Translations under genes and position numbers: made by a program | Part shown: positions 1 to 11,304 of the stretch, piece after piece | Numbering within the stretch: the stretch's first letter is position 1 | How the letters are laid out: every line of letters starts with the position of its first letter | Notes under the pieces: model-generated | What the model was told of the DNA's origin: nothing | Databases searched by the model: none | Seen by the model: only the letters and a program-made list of their open reading frames with translations | NCBI GenBank assembly: GCA_000091205.1 | Contig: AP006483.2 | Direction: 5' to 3' (one strand) | From: Cyanidioschyzon merolae | Taxonomy: Eukaryota | Length of the DNA: 64,000 nucleotides

Positions 1-1675
1 CAATGCCCCGCTCATCCAGACCTCTGCGCCCAGCACGGCCGGACATTTGGATGTACTCGCCACTCGTGATGTACCGCACATTGCGCCCGTCGAACTTTTT
101 CAACGCAGTGAAGAAAACCATCCGCGCAGGCATGTTCAGTCCCAGGGAAAATGTTTCTGTAGCCAACAGAACTTTCACGAGACCCTCCTGAAACAGAATC
201 TCGACGATTTCCTTAACAATGGGAAACAAACCTGAATGATGAACACCAACGCCTCGTTTCAGCATTTCGAGCATCGTGCCGATCTGGTCCAGCTGTTGGT
301 CTTGCGAGTTCAACGTCGCCATTGCATTCTGGTAGACGTTTTCGACGAGTGCTTTCTCTTCCTCGCCATTCAGGTCCATTCCAGAGATGCAGCGCGCCAG
401 AGCTTCACAATCCTTGCGGCTGAACGAGAAAACAATCATTGGCTGCAAGTCCTGATCGATTGCAAACCGAATGATTTTCCGAAACTCCGCATTCGAGAGG
501 GTGCGGCCTCTGCTCGGTCCGCGAAATCGATCAATCCTTAAATCCTTCCGGATTCGTTCGAAATTTTTGCGATAGAATCTGCCGCCCTCGTCTTTTAACA
601 AAACGAGTCGGTCTTCCTGATTGGAAAGCGCGAAATGGCGAAGCGGCACGGGTCGTTTTTCGGTATAAACTGTATGACAGGGGGCTTGATGGAGTGCCAC
701 AATCCATTCGGCAAATTCTTCGGCGTTCGGAATTGTTGCCGAAAGGAAGACGAAGCGAACACTGTCTGGAAGCAGAATAATGCTCTCCTCCCAGACGACG
801 CCACGCTCACGATCGCGCATGTAATGAACTTCGTCGAAGATGACCCAAGCGGCCTCTCGAACAACATCGGAGCCCCTGTACAACATGGATCGCAAAATCT
901 CAGTGGTCATGATCAAACAGCTCGCATTTGGGTTCAGCGTCACATCACCCGTAATGAGACCAACATCATTGAATTCGCTTTGAAATTCTCGATATTTCTG
1001 GTTGCTTAGAGCCTTAATTGGCGAGGTATAGATGACCCGACGATGCTCACGAAGCGAGAGCGCAATAGCGTATTCTGCAATGGCAGTCTTTCCGGCTGAG
1101 GTATGCGCTGCAACCATGACAGATTCTCCCGCTTCCAAGCATTTGCAAGCTTCAATCTGGAACAAGTCTAAAGCAAACGGGAATTCTTTCGCTGGGGGGC
1201 GTCCTTTCGGTGGCCAAACAGACAGCTTAGAAGAATCATATTCAGAGAGTGACGCTGGAATAGACACAGTATGGACGCACGCGCAACGACTACCTGTGGA
1301 GAGGTCGAGCACGCTCAGATCATCTATCACAGCGTCAGCTTGGGAAGGCTCTGAAAGAGAGGTTTTGCCGGTTTCTGTCAGGGTTTCAAGCGTCAGCGTC
1401 CTCGGCCGCGAGCCACTGAGCAGAGGGTGTTTGAGCCGCAGCTCCGCCGCGCTCTGCCCAATCCAGGGCGGATCAGACTCGACCTTTGAGCCGGTTGGAT
1501 CCAATGCATGCTGAGCAGCCGGACGAAAGCGCTTCCTATTTCCATCGCGACGAGCACGGTGCGGGACCCACGAGTTGGAGCCGTGCTGTGCTTCGCGACG
1601 CTTGGTCGCTGTCGTTGAGCGCTTCTGTTCAGCTTCTGAGCCTAGCACCTGCTTGGCGTGTACTTTTTTTCTCAT
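1..1675 (-). CDS. MTR4: MTR4/SKIV2L2-type exosome RNA helicase (DExH-box). Partial: the N-terminal ~560 aa are in the window and the gene continues past coordinate 1.
   Basis: Manual translation of the minus strand starts MRKKVHAKQ... at complement 1675 and reads FPFALDLFQIEACKCLEAGESVMVAAHTSAGKTAIAEYAIALSLREHRRVIYTSPIKALSNQKYREF...IFDEVHYMRDRERGVVWEESIILLPDSVRFVFLSATIPNAEEFAEWIVALHQAPCHTVYTEKRPVPL, near-identical to MTR4 helicase motifs I-III. The short (~165 aa) N-terminal extension fits MTR4 rather than SKI2. The ORF track misses it because it has no stop inside the window. Confidence 0.85.
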   Translation of the reverse strand, partial: MRKKVHAKQVLGSEAEQKRSTTATKRREAQHGSNSWVPHRARRDGNRKRFRPAAQHALDPTGSKVESDPPWIGQSAAELRLKHPLLSGSRPRTLTLETLTETGKTSLSEPSQADAVIDDLSVLDLSTGSRCACVHTVSIPASLSEYDSSKLSVWPPKGRPPAKEFPFALDLFQIEACKCLEAGESVMVAAHTSAGKTAIAEYAIALSLREHRRVIYTSPIKALSNQKYREFQSEFNDVGLITGDVTLNPNASCLIMTTEILRSMLYRGSDVVREAAWVIFDEVHYMRDRERGVVWEESIILLPDSVRFVFLSATIPNAEEFAEWIVALHQAPCHTVYTEKRPVPLRHFALSNQEDRLVLLKDEGGRFYRKNFERIRKDLRIDRFRGPSRGRTLSNAEFRKIIRFAIDQDLQPMIVFSFSRKDCEALARCISGMDLNGEEEKALVENVYQNAMATLNSQDQQLDQIGTMLEMLKRGVGVHHSGLFPIVKEIVEILFQEGLVKVLLATETFSLGLNMPARMVFFTALKKFDGRNVRYITSGEYIQMSGRAGRRGLDERGI

Positions 1676-4027
1676 TATTCTGTAAAAGCGCAGAGGACTC
1701 GTAGGTTCGTGCCAACTTTAACACCAAACACAAAGCGAGTTTGAACAGCGCCTGATGAAATCGAGTCTCAAACACAATTCTCTGTGCACGAAGCCCGACG
1801 CTATTACGCCCCAGATTCGCTGCTCATATGCATACGAATAAGTATCTCTGTTTCTGGGAAAGGGCTTGTTATGGCAAAATATCTGAGGACAGCAAGAAAT
1901 CTCCTGCGCGAAACAACGTCACCAGGTGAGAATTATATGGTTGGCTGTTTCTTATATGAGAAGGAAGGCCTCGAAACTCTGTATACAGCGTGAAATATCA
2001 CCTCGGCCCGGACCTGAGAACCTCTGCGGCTTGGGTGCGAGGCAGGTCGTTTCACGCGCTAAGGAAGCGCGAGTGGGACGGTCATTACCATTCCAACCGG
2101 TTGAGCAAGCTGGCGCAAGCGCGCTGCTTGCCTCCCTACAGCCGAGGGCTTCGGCGATCCCAGCACGGTCTCATGTACTCCTGCCAGAGGTAGTGCGCAT
2201 ATGATCTTTGCTCGCTCACGTACGCTCTGGAGCGGGGCACAGGGCAGCTCATGGCGGGTGCGGGCAGCGATCTATCAGTCGGAGACCTCCGGTTCGACGG
2301 CTGGGAACCACTCGTCTTGAGACCCGCGAGCGTAAAATGGCGTTTGACAAGAGAGCACACGCTTTGTAGTGGATTGAACCAGAGGACAGCCTGGCACGCA
2401 GAGCAGCTCGACACCTGCCTCAACTGCGTACGGCTTGACCGCGTGTGATTGATGGCGACCGACGTTATCGAAGCGCTGAATAGAAGGATATGCGAAGGAG
2501 AAGTCAGTGAGCGTGCGTCGACGGAGGACGCAGTGTTGAGCGGTGCTGTACTTTTGGGAACGTGTAGGCGACCGCTGGATAACATCGTCGCTCGAGAAGG
2601 TGTTGTCGGAATGCTCGCGTGGCTCTTCTTTACGAACAGCTGTGTGCGCCTCCCTGAGTAGCCCTAGTCAGGTCTGCCAGTTCTCTAGAATAAGGTCGCA
2701 TCGAGCGAGACGAAGACGTATCCCTGCAGAGGTAAGCTTTCGCGCCTCACTGCGACGTCGATAGTGCAGCGTTCAGCGCGGGACGCTGGAGTCTAAGAGC
2801 GTGCTTTGCGCTTTGTCTACCCGCATCTCCTGCTCTCCGCTCGTGTGACGGGGTAGGGGATCTGCGCGCACTGGTGCCTCTCTGAGTGTACGATTCAGGA
2901 AACGTATGGAGTGGCTTTGATCCCCGTGGAGAGAATCTGCTAGGCAGAGAATGCTATGTTCTCTTTTGGATGTGCGCTGCTCAGGATGAAGGCTTCGACA
3001 CAGGTGGTTCATCGACCAGGTTAACGCGGATGTACTGACTCGTAGATTTCAAGGGGTTATTGTCTGGCGCGCCTCAGCGTAGGGGAAAGCGCCTTCTCGA
3101 CCTTCCCGCAGTCTACAGGAAACCTTCATATTGCAGATTACCTACGATAAACAACGGACAAAAGTAGAAAGGTAGAGTAGGTACAGGCTTTCCAGAATTT
3201 ACTGCTGTGGGCATAACGCCGGTTGGTGTCACGACATGCTGTACCGAGAACCTCAGTTGAGGAAGACGTTCCATCTCAATGTTTTCGGAACGCAAACGTG
3301 CATGGGGAAAAGCTCTATGAGTGTAGCTGCAACAAACCTCGGTGGGTACGCGCACATGCGCAAACTTCACATCTGAAGCAGTGCTGCACTTCGCACATGT
3401 ACACTGGGGAGAGCATCGGGAGACCTGGAATGACATTGCGTGCTCGTTTCTCATCTGGATGCAATAACTGACTTACTTGTGGTATCTGGCGGAAAGAAGC
3501 GAGCATTTTTCCCGCTCAGAAACGGCCTTTATCCGTTTAATATACAGTATGGGTTGCTGATCTTCGAATAAAGCGGAGTTGTGGAGCAAGCTGCATTGAT
3601 TCGCGGGATGGATAGAGCCTCGTCTGATCCAGCTGACAAGTAATGCATATTGTCTCGTTACCGTGCACAACCTGCAATGATGTTCTCTGCTCTGCATGGC
3701 GGATATTTCCATCCTTAGAGGGAACGTTCTCAGCGGATGGCATTGTTTGATATGTCACAAAAGATGGAATACGGGCACAGTTCTTAGTGTTGCAGCCGGA
3801 ACTCGCAACCCTGCCTGCTGACGGTAGCCGGCTCAGACGGTGGGGTCGTAGAGTCAATTTTGCGTTAGGCCCTTTCGCGGTGCAAGCCTCTGATATGCTT
3901 TCATATATTCAACGTTGACGTGGTTCATGGCGAGACTCAGGCACCCTACTCATTCGGAAAACTCTGCATCATAAAAGCTGTTTAGTGCATTTCGTGCAAA
4001 CGAGGCGTCTCTTCCGTCTTATAAAGG

Positions 4028-5143
4028 ATGAAAGGGAAGGAAGAAGGAAAAATTGAGGCGCTGCAGTTCTGGACGAAGGTGCTCGAGCGAGGCCAGTTTC
4101 ACCTTTTTGAGTTTGACTGGAGAAGCAGTTCGACGACTGGTTGCTATTCAGCTCTTACTTATGGACTCGTTCGGCATTTTGCCACCTACCTGTGCACCGA
4201 GCACGCAGCACTCGCGGAGAAAGGCTTTCCTGCAGCAGGTTCGAGCGCGTCGTGCTCCCCGCCGACGCCGGGTGACGCCCGGCTCATCTTCTGGTGCGCT
4301 GACCAATGCGTAGAGTGTTTGGTACCACCCAAGATACGACGGCTTGCAAATGATAGACTTGTATTCACGAAGAGCGTCACCAGAGAGGACCTAAAGGACA
4401 CGGCGCACACCATATTGGTGCTGGTATCCCTGAGTCCAAACTTGTGCAGGCGATCGGAGTTCTTGGACTCGCTCCTGCTTCCGGCTTTACTGTTTGAGAA
4501 ACCACCACAGAACCTGACAATAGTGATGGCTATCCGACCTCTTGAATTTCATGGATGTATATGTGATAGCTTGCGATCGAATGCGACGAGCTGCTGGACT
4601 TTCATATCAAAGTCTTGTTTTGTTGGATGGACTCGGGTGCCGCTGCGTGGCCGATGCGTTCACTACGGTTTCGAATGTAGTACGGAGGGAGAGCATTTAT
4701 GGCGGCTGAGCGGGAAGCAGCTAAGCGTTGTCGAATGGGCCTCGCAGCTGGACACACTGCCCTGTCTGTATGACGCGCGCGGTGTGTTTTCCAAGGCATC
4801 CCCGGGGGCCAGATTGGAGCCATACGCTGCTACCGTCCACACTGAGCCGGTTGAAGTGAACTCGAACGCAAAGATGGGCAGTGTGGCCAATCTTCAACCA
4901 TCCACGGAAACGAAGGCAGAGCCGCTCGAGAGCTTCCTTACATCTTTGCCGTTCCGAGTTTCTCTTTCGGAGCGGGAGGAACGCTCGCGATCGCGCCTAA
5001 AACTGCCATTTGAGCATTTTGATGAGAGCACGGCAGATGCGATTATCAAAAGTCCTGAAGGTTTTGTAATTTTTGAAAATGCCGAAGCGGATGAGCCGGG
5101 TAGTGACCCCGAAATCTCAAGCGACGAGGATCTAGACGTTTGA
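4028..5143 (+). CDS. Hypothetical protein, 371 aa, acidic C-terminus (SSDEDLDV); no recognisable domain.
   Basis: Longest uninterrupted ORF in a 5 kb stretch, sited between unrelated genes. No motif I can assign. Confidence 0.3.
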   Translation: MKGKEEGKIEALQFWTKVLERGQFHLFEFDWRSSSTTGCYSALTYGLVRHFATYLCTEHAALAEKGFPAAGSSASCSPPTPGDARLIFWCADQCVECLVPPKIRRLANDRLVFTKSVTREDLKDTAHTILVLVSLSPNLCRRSEFLDSLLLPALLFEKPPQNLTIVMAIRPLEFHGCICDSLRSNATSCWTFISKSCFVGWTRVPLRGRCVHYGFECSTEGEHLWRLSGKQLSVVEWASQLDTLPCLYDARGVFSKASPGARLEPYAATVHTEPVEVNSNAKMGSVANLQPSTETKAEPLESFLTSLPFRVSLSEREERSRSRLKLPFEHFDESTADAIIKSPEGFVIFENAEADEPGSDPEISSDEDLDV

Positions 5144-8100
5144 CTGCAACTGGAAACTCGACATGCCCAGCACGATGAACCAATGTGAACGGGCTACCGC
5201 TGCCAAACGTCTCATGGATTCCGGGATGCATGCTTATCATGTTGCCTTTACGCTCGTTGTTCGAGTCGACAAATCAGCGTTTTCCAGACAACGCCCCGTA
5301 AAGTTGAACGCGGCGCCTGCATGTTTGCTTTGTGACAGGCATAAACATACTGGCTTGTCGCGTTTCCAGTCATAGAGCGTTCCATGCGTGAGAAGGATAG
5401 ATGCATACCGCTAGCGCTATCGTGCGCCATATATGGAAGGCTTTGAAACTTGTTTTCATGCGGGACAAGGGCCACAGTGGACAGGAAATCCGCTGTACCC
5501 ATTTTGGCGTACCTCTGCTGATGATCGTTCAATCATGCGGCACTGTTGTTGCTTGGCGCGTTGCGCTGGAATGGTTTGCAGCACTCTAAATGACTCTTTC
5601 AGAAGCCCGACGAAATACATCTGCAGATTGCGCAACACACATTGCTACGGACGCTCGCCCTTTCTGGATAAGGACAACACGTATATTCCTGGCTCTGAGC
5701 CCCCGGGACCCAGGAACGAGTAACAGCGCATTACCGTACCCGCTGTTCCCTGATCGCATGTGAGATTGAAATGGGATACTGGATTGCGCGCTTTGTTCTT
5801 GCCTTTCGATGTTTTCCGATTTTTCGATGTATAGCTTCGACGTTCGAAGTGCAGAATTAAAGGTCTACGGATTCGCTTGCAGTGTTTGGGTTTCTCGCTC
5901 GTCTTTTCGGTGTCGCTCCTTCGATTCTTTGCGTCAGGGATTCGATTCGCCACTGGAATCAGGATGATTCGCAGCGTCATTGAATAAAAGGTGCGTAAAG
6001 AATCGATGTCATTATCCAATTCACACGAGCAAGCCTCGCCGCTTCTCCATCCCTACGAGAATACTGCTAAAATCACGCATTCGTCAAGTTTTCAATCTTT
6101 ATGTCTCAGGCAACTGGTGGACGTAGCATTTCGCGCCACTGGATAGCCGACGAAAAATACTCGATGTCCGCTCTTGACGACTTCTTCGGACGCTCACGCC
6201 GAATGTTCGCTGATCTTCTCACGTCACATAATAGATTCCGTTCAATGCACGATTCATCATCTCTTTGGTACGAACGAGGAATCGGCATTCCACAGCCGCA
6301 CAATATCTCTCTTGAAATATGTTCCTAGAGTCTCGCATCTCTTCTGTTTGCAGGAGACTGGATCTTGGACTTTGGCTTCAGTCGTCGCTGAAATCATTTA
6401 TACTCTAAAGTACATTACTCCGCTGCACAAAGAGAATGTAGACGGATCAATGTTCCGCGCATTGTTCTCCATCCTGGATTTTCCTTTCGGTACTTGTTTC
6501 ATAATGCGCATCATCGCGTTCCACAAATCCTCTGTCGAATAGAACGTTGCAAACTTGCATGTCCAGCAGCCGGAATGCTCACTGAGAGCATCGCCTAGAA
6601 GATGCTCGTTTGCATAGGGAATGTCGCCGCTCGCGGGAACGACGAAGGGCGTCAATGAGGATCTTCAGTTCCCCTCGAAAGTGTGCACCGAGCAGTGATG
6701 TAAGCGTACACGCGCTACAGAGTAGCATTAGGAGAAGGAGGTGCAATGGAAGTATGAGAACGCTTTATCACAGCCAAAAGTCTTTGCCGTGAAGGACCCA
6801 GCGTGGATGTATTTGAAGAAGATGAAAATGGCTCGCGGAGCGTAGATTGCACTATTCGCCTGTGCATGGAATGTGTTGACAGCGGTCGGGAGCAGCGAAA
6901 TAGTGACTTTAACGCTTACATCAACATCCTTTGACCACAAAAAACGGAGATGGAGTTACAGGAGAGACCGGCAAGTTGAAAGCCAGATATAATAGACAAG
7001 GAACAGAAGTATTAGTAGAAAAAGCCGGCCAAATCTGGTGTCGATTACAAGATGAAGAGACCCAGACTTATGTAAATACGTACACGCTAGATGACTGGTT
7101 CTGCTCCTTTTGATTCTGAAAGGGGTATAGTTAGGGAGCTGCAATAGGCTGGCGATAGCTCTCGAGAATAGACTATTTGGACAAATTTGTAGATCAGAAT
7201 ATTTCACGCCTCAACATGTCTTCTGTGCTCAGTCGGCGCGCAGTCGACTTCTTGTAGCCCGAATATTGCCCAAGTTATCGTAATGCAGAATGATTCGACA
7301 AGTCGATCGGCAGCAGCTGCTGGCAAAGTCTGGTTGGTATCGAGCGCATTCGCTGGTATGCTCAGTGCCCTGTAGCTGAGACGACCTTCGCGTTAGCAGA
7401 AGAGTGGTAAGAAAGGTCCTCTTTTTATCCAATGTGCAGACTTTTGTGATCAGAATCCTAGTTTATCCATCGGAATGAGCATAAAATTGCGTTTCGGAGA
7501 TGCACCGCGTAGGCGCGTAGTTTGGAACGCAGACTACTGCCCACAAACCGATCCGAATACGACAATACTGCGGCAATCTCTGCCAGAAACGCTGCCGACA
7601 AAATTTATACATGGAATGGAAAGAGAACAGTACTGTATGGATCAACGAGCGCTTTCCAAAACCGTTTGGCGGCAAATATTAGAGAGCATTGTCGATGATA
7701 AATTGGCTCTTCTACAGCGTATGGTTGACGCTTCAGACCGGTAGATTTTGGCGACGAAGCACATCGTTCGCAATGACGACATCCCGTGAAGTGGTTCATT
7801 ATTATCTGACTCGATCGCATTATTGGCTGATGATCAGACATTCGCAGAGCACCTGGCAACCGTGCTCCGTACTTCAAAGGAAAAACTGCGGTGCGCTTTC
7901 GCTTTACGAATTTCAAAAGACGGCAATTTGCTCATGAATTCAGACACGTAGGCAGCGAATGCCAGGGAAGCTATTGAGCACCAGCGGTCGACCAGAGCGT
8001 CCATGGCTGTAAAGACTGGTGGGATGAGCGCACCATTTCGCTTGTGCAACGCTAAATTTGTGGTATGCTTGCCAGTTCGAGGACGACATTTAGCTGCTGA

Positions 8101-9261
8101 GCGACAACTGAGAGTCGAACGCCCGCAAGTTTCGATTCGCTCATAGCTCTAGCGCCATAGTGACATCATGTTTTGCTTTGGAACGAGCGATTGACGGCAA
8201 AGCATACGTCTCTGGCAAGAAGCGCTAACTCTTGGCGGCAATCGCCTAGGATTTTCAGGCGTCCGCATACCACTTTGAACGACTCGCAAGTCCTCGACGT
8301 TCGAGTAGACTCCGTCCAACGTTGGGTGGCACCAAACGCTTCAGATTATCCCGACACAGTAACTTCATTTACAAGGTTTATTGCGTTGTGTGTATGCAGT
8401 GGGCGCACATCGAAGAGCTCCAAGCACGGATGCTGGAACCGGAGTGCCACGTTCGGTACGTCGAGTGGTTCTGCAGAGTGAGGTATCGCTGCGAGCGCTT
8501 TGGATACCATTGCAGCTTTTCACGCAAAGAACGGATCACCCGAATTTGCAGTCGAGCTTATCCGGAGCAGTTTGATTCTTTGTCATGGAATCTTGGAGAG
8601 TACCAGGTGGCTCTGCAGAGGCCCCTGCGGGTTTCGGCAACTTGCAGGCACGCACGAGGCCCATGGGTGCCGCGCGTCCGAATCTGTGTCCTCGAGCGCG
8701 AAGGGCCACATTTATGGTCAACAAAGATAAGTGTATGGATGCCCATATAGAATACAAATTTTGTACATTCATTTTGTGCCACTGACAGCTTCATTCTCGC
8801 CTGAGCCTGTCACTGAGCACGGCATCGATTCCGAAGGCCGTTTTCGAACGTGTTTGTTTCGGATGCGATGCACAACGAGCGATCAACCCGGTGCTTTGAA
8901 CAGCAAAAGCAGTCATGGGGGAAAATAAGAGGCCATGCTCCTTGAAAGATGGGACGGCTTCCGTGAAGTCACGTGCCACTTCGCAATAGTGCATCTTCTA
9001 TAAAAAAAGGCCCAGGAAACACCGCTCGGAGCGGCACTAATGCCAGCTTTTTCATCACTCACAGGAGAACACAATCACACAAATTGCAAGAATCCTTTCT
9101 TTCAAGTATGGTTCTCCAAATGGTAAAAGATCCTTGCACCAAATTTTGATCACGTCGACAAAAACATACGATATGCAACCATTCATATTCGCTAGTTCCA
9201 TGTCATTCGGGGATCTGGTTACCCCGACTATGCGATACTTTCTCCTCGAATACGAAATTTG

Positions 9262-11304
9262 TCAACTATTCATATCCGCGAGTCTCATATTACCCAAGGA
9301 ACCGGTCATACCGAATATTCGATACTCGCTGTTTGTCAGGGAAGCTTCAGCGGATGCAGTTGTGATGGTACCTGGTCGCGACCCCGAAAAAGAGCCCCCA
9401 GCTCCAGAGAGCGATCGACGCGATCGCCTGCCTGCCTGAGTACCGGACTGGGCGTCCGAGCCCTGCGTTCCCGCCGAGCCTGACATCGGGCTCGCCCCAG
9501 TTGGTATCTCGTGTTCGGTTGCGGACTGACGCAGCGTCCCATTGAGCATGGCTAGTTCCCGAAGTTGTTCTCGTTTGAGGGTATCCCGGTCTTCCGGGAC
9601 GGGGATCAATAGCAGTTCTACCAGTTCCTTGGCACGCTCGAGGGCGTAATCGGCCTGACTCTCCTCCATCTCTGCCTCCAGAATGACATGGAGAGGCTCA
9701 CTGAAGACGTGTTCCCAGCCAGGCTTGCCGCGCACTTCATTCTCTTTGTCTTTGCGGATAGAACCCTTCCCTCGAATCATAATCTTACAGCCTGTTTCTT
9801 TCTCAAGTTTTTTCAACGTGGCCCCGCGTGGGCCTAACAACCTGCCAACAAAATTGTAGTCTGGATACTGGTCAGCTGGGACGGATACTCGACATCGCTT
9901 TTTCACGATGTTTCGGGCAGACATCTTAGTACCTGTGCCCTGGGGAAGCGCATTTGGAAAAGCCGCAGCATCCGACTGTGGTCCACCAATCGGGCCTGGT
10001 CGGGTCAGCGATCCTCCTTCAGTAGCATCCTTGAGTGTGGGATCAGACGGCAGCCCCGCAGCACTGCCCATAGCATCACCTCTCGCTTGCGTTGCCGCGA
10101 GCGAAGCGTTACCATCGCTGTTGAGGCTTCCACTGCTAGAGCATGCCAAACTGAACTGAGAGTTTCCAGATGAACTCATGCCTTGGCCCTGGCTCGAGAG
10201 TGGGCGCATTCCATCTGGAACACTATTAGCAACGCTTCGGCCGGGTGCGAGGGATTCTTCTGATGTGCTCGTTGCGCAACACTGCCGCAGAATCTCCTGA
10301 ACGCGATGGATTTCTGCACACAGAAGCAGCCAGACTCTTGGCACACGTTCTTTCATGTTCTCCAATAATATTCTCTCTTGTCGCAACTCCTCTAGCACAA
10401 GCCTCGCTGCATTAGCGGACAGAGAAGTTGCCACGGGAGCCGCCCCGTCGCTCGGAAGCGCCGCAAATGAAGCACATCGGCGCGGTGGAAGCGGCGCCAT
10501 TCCGCTCGATGAAGCGCTCTTAAGTGAAGTCAAAAAAGGTCGATGATTCCAAGGTTCTGCCCAACGAGGACCTGAAACACCCAGTGTTAAGTGTGAACCA
10601 ATATCTCTAGTCTCGCTCCAGATATCTCGATTATCTTCCGCGGGCCACAACTCGGGAGCTCTCATTCCATCATCGTCACGGAACAAGTACGAAGGAACGC
10701 TATCCTCGTAGGTCGTTGGCAGCGCGCTAGCTCCCAACGAGCTTCTCGGTACAGGGCCGAAATTGTACGACGAATACGAGGTTACTCTGACGGGTCCGCG
10801 GGCCTCTGGCGGCACGTCCACATGGCGACCAAACCCTGATCCCGGAAAGCACGAGCCAAGGCCGTCTGGATGCGGAGCCATTCCGCCTGCGTTTTGAACA
10901 GAGACCGCTCGCGTCCAGCCGGTTGCAGCACTGCTTTCGCTTTCCGGCCCCTGCGCAGAGGTACTCTGGCCTAGATTAACGCTCGAGTTGCTCAGAGAAA
11001 CCGTCGATCCCCAAGGGGTAGGCGCGGGACTCGTCAGAGACAGCTGACTTTGCAGACTTTCGAGTGACCCGGTACGCCCAGTCAGGAGAGCTTCGGGGTC
11101 CAGCGCACCAGCACCGCCCTCCCGCTTCGAGTTCTCCACTTGCTCCTCTTTCGGGACACTGTTTACCCAGAGTCCATCGACCCGCGAAAAGTGCGTGTCG
11201 TCCATCTGAAAAAGGAGGTTTCTATTTTGCTGCAGCGCGTTCACCGGTAGTGACACAGCGTAGACGCACCTGCTGCTCTCTGCGTCAGGCACGTTGCGCT
11301 GCAT
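9262..11304 (-). CDS. STAR/GSG-family KH-domain RNA-binding protein (Quaking/Sam68/SF1-like) with a long S/P/G-rich N-terminal region.
   Basis: KH/QUA2 block: YNFVGRLLGPRGATLKKLEKETGCKIMIRGKGSIRKDKENEVRGKPGWEHVFSEPLHVILEAEM...REQLRELAMLNGTLR. An upstream QUA1-like helix reads LLENMKERVPRVWLLLCAEIHRVQEIL. Confidence 0.7.
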   Translation of the reverse strand: MQRNVPDAESSRCVYAVSLPVNALQQNRNLLFQMDDTHFSRVDGLWVNSVPKEEQVENSKREGGAGALDPEALLTGRTGSLESLQSQLSLTSPAPTPWGSTVSLSNSSVNLGQSTSAQGPESESSAATGWTRAVSVQNAGGMAPHPDGLGSCFPGSGFGRHVDVPPEARGPVRVTSYSSYNFGPVPRSSLGASALPTTYEDSVPSYLFRDDDGMRAPELWPAEDNRDIWSETRDIGSHLTLGVSGPRWAEPWNHRPFLTSLKSASSSGMAPLPPRRCASFAALPSDGAAPVATSLSANAARLVLEELRQERILLENMKERVPRVWLLLCAEIHRVQEILRQCCATSTSEESLAPGRSVANSVPDGMRPLSSQGQGMSSSGNSQFSLACSSSGSLNSDGNASLAATQARGDAMGSAAGLPSDPTLKDATEGGSLTRPGPIGGPQSDAAAFPNALPQGTGTKMSARNIVKKRCRVSVPADQYPDYNFVGRLLGPRGATLKKLEKETGCKIMIRGKGSIRKDKENEVRGKPGWEHVFSEPLHVILEAEMEESQADYALERAKELVELLLIPVPEDRDTLKREQLRELAMLNGTLRQSATEHEIPTGASPMSGSAGTQGSDAQSGTQAGRRSRRSLSGAGGSFSGSRPGTITTASAEASLTNSEYRIFGMTGSLGNMRLADMNS

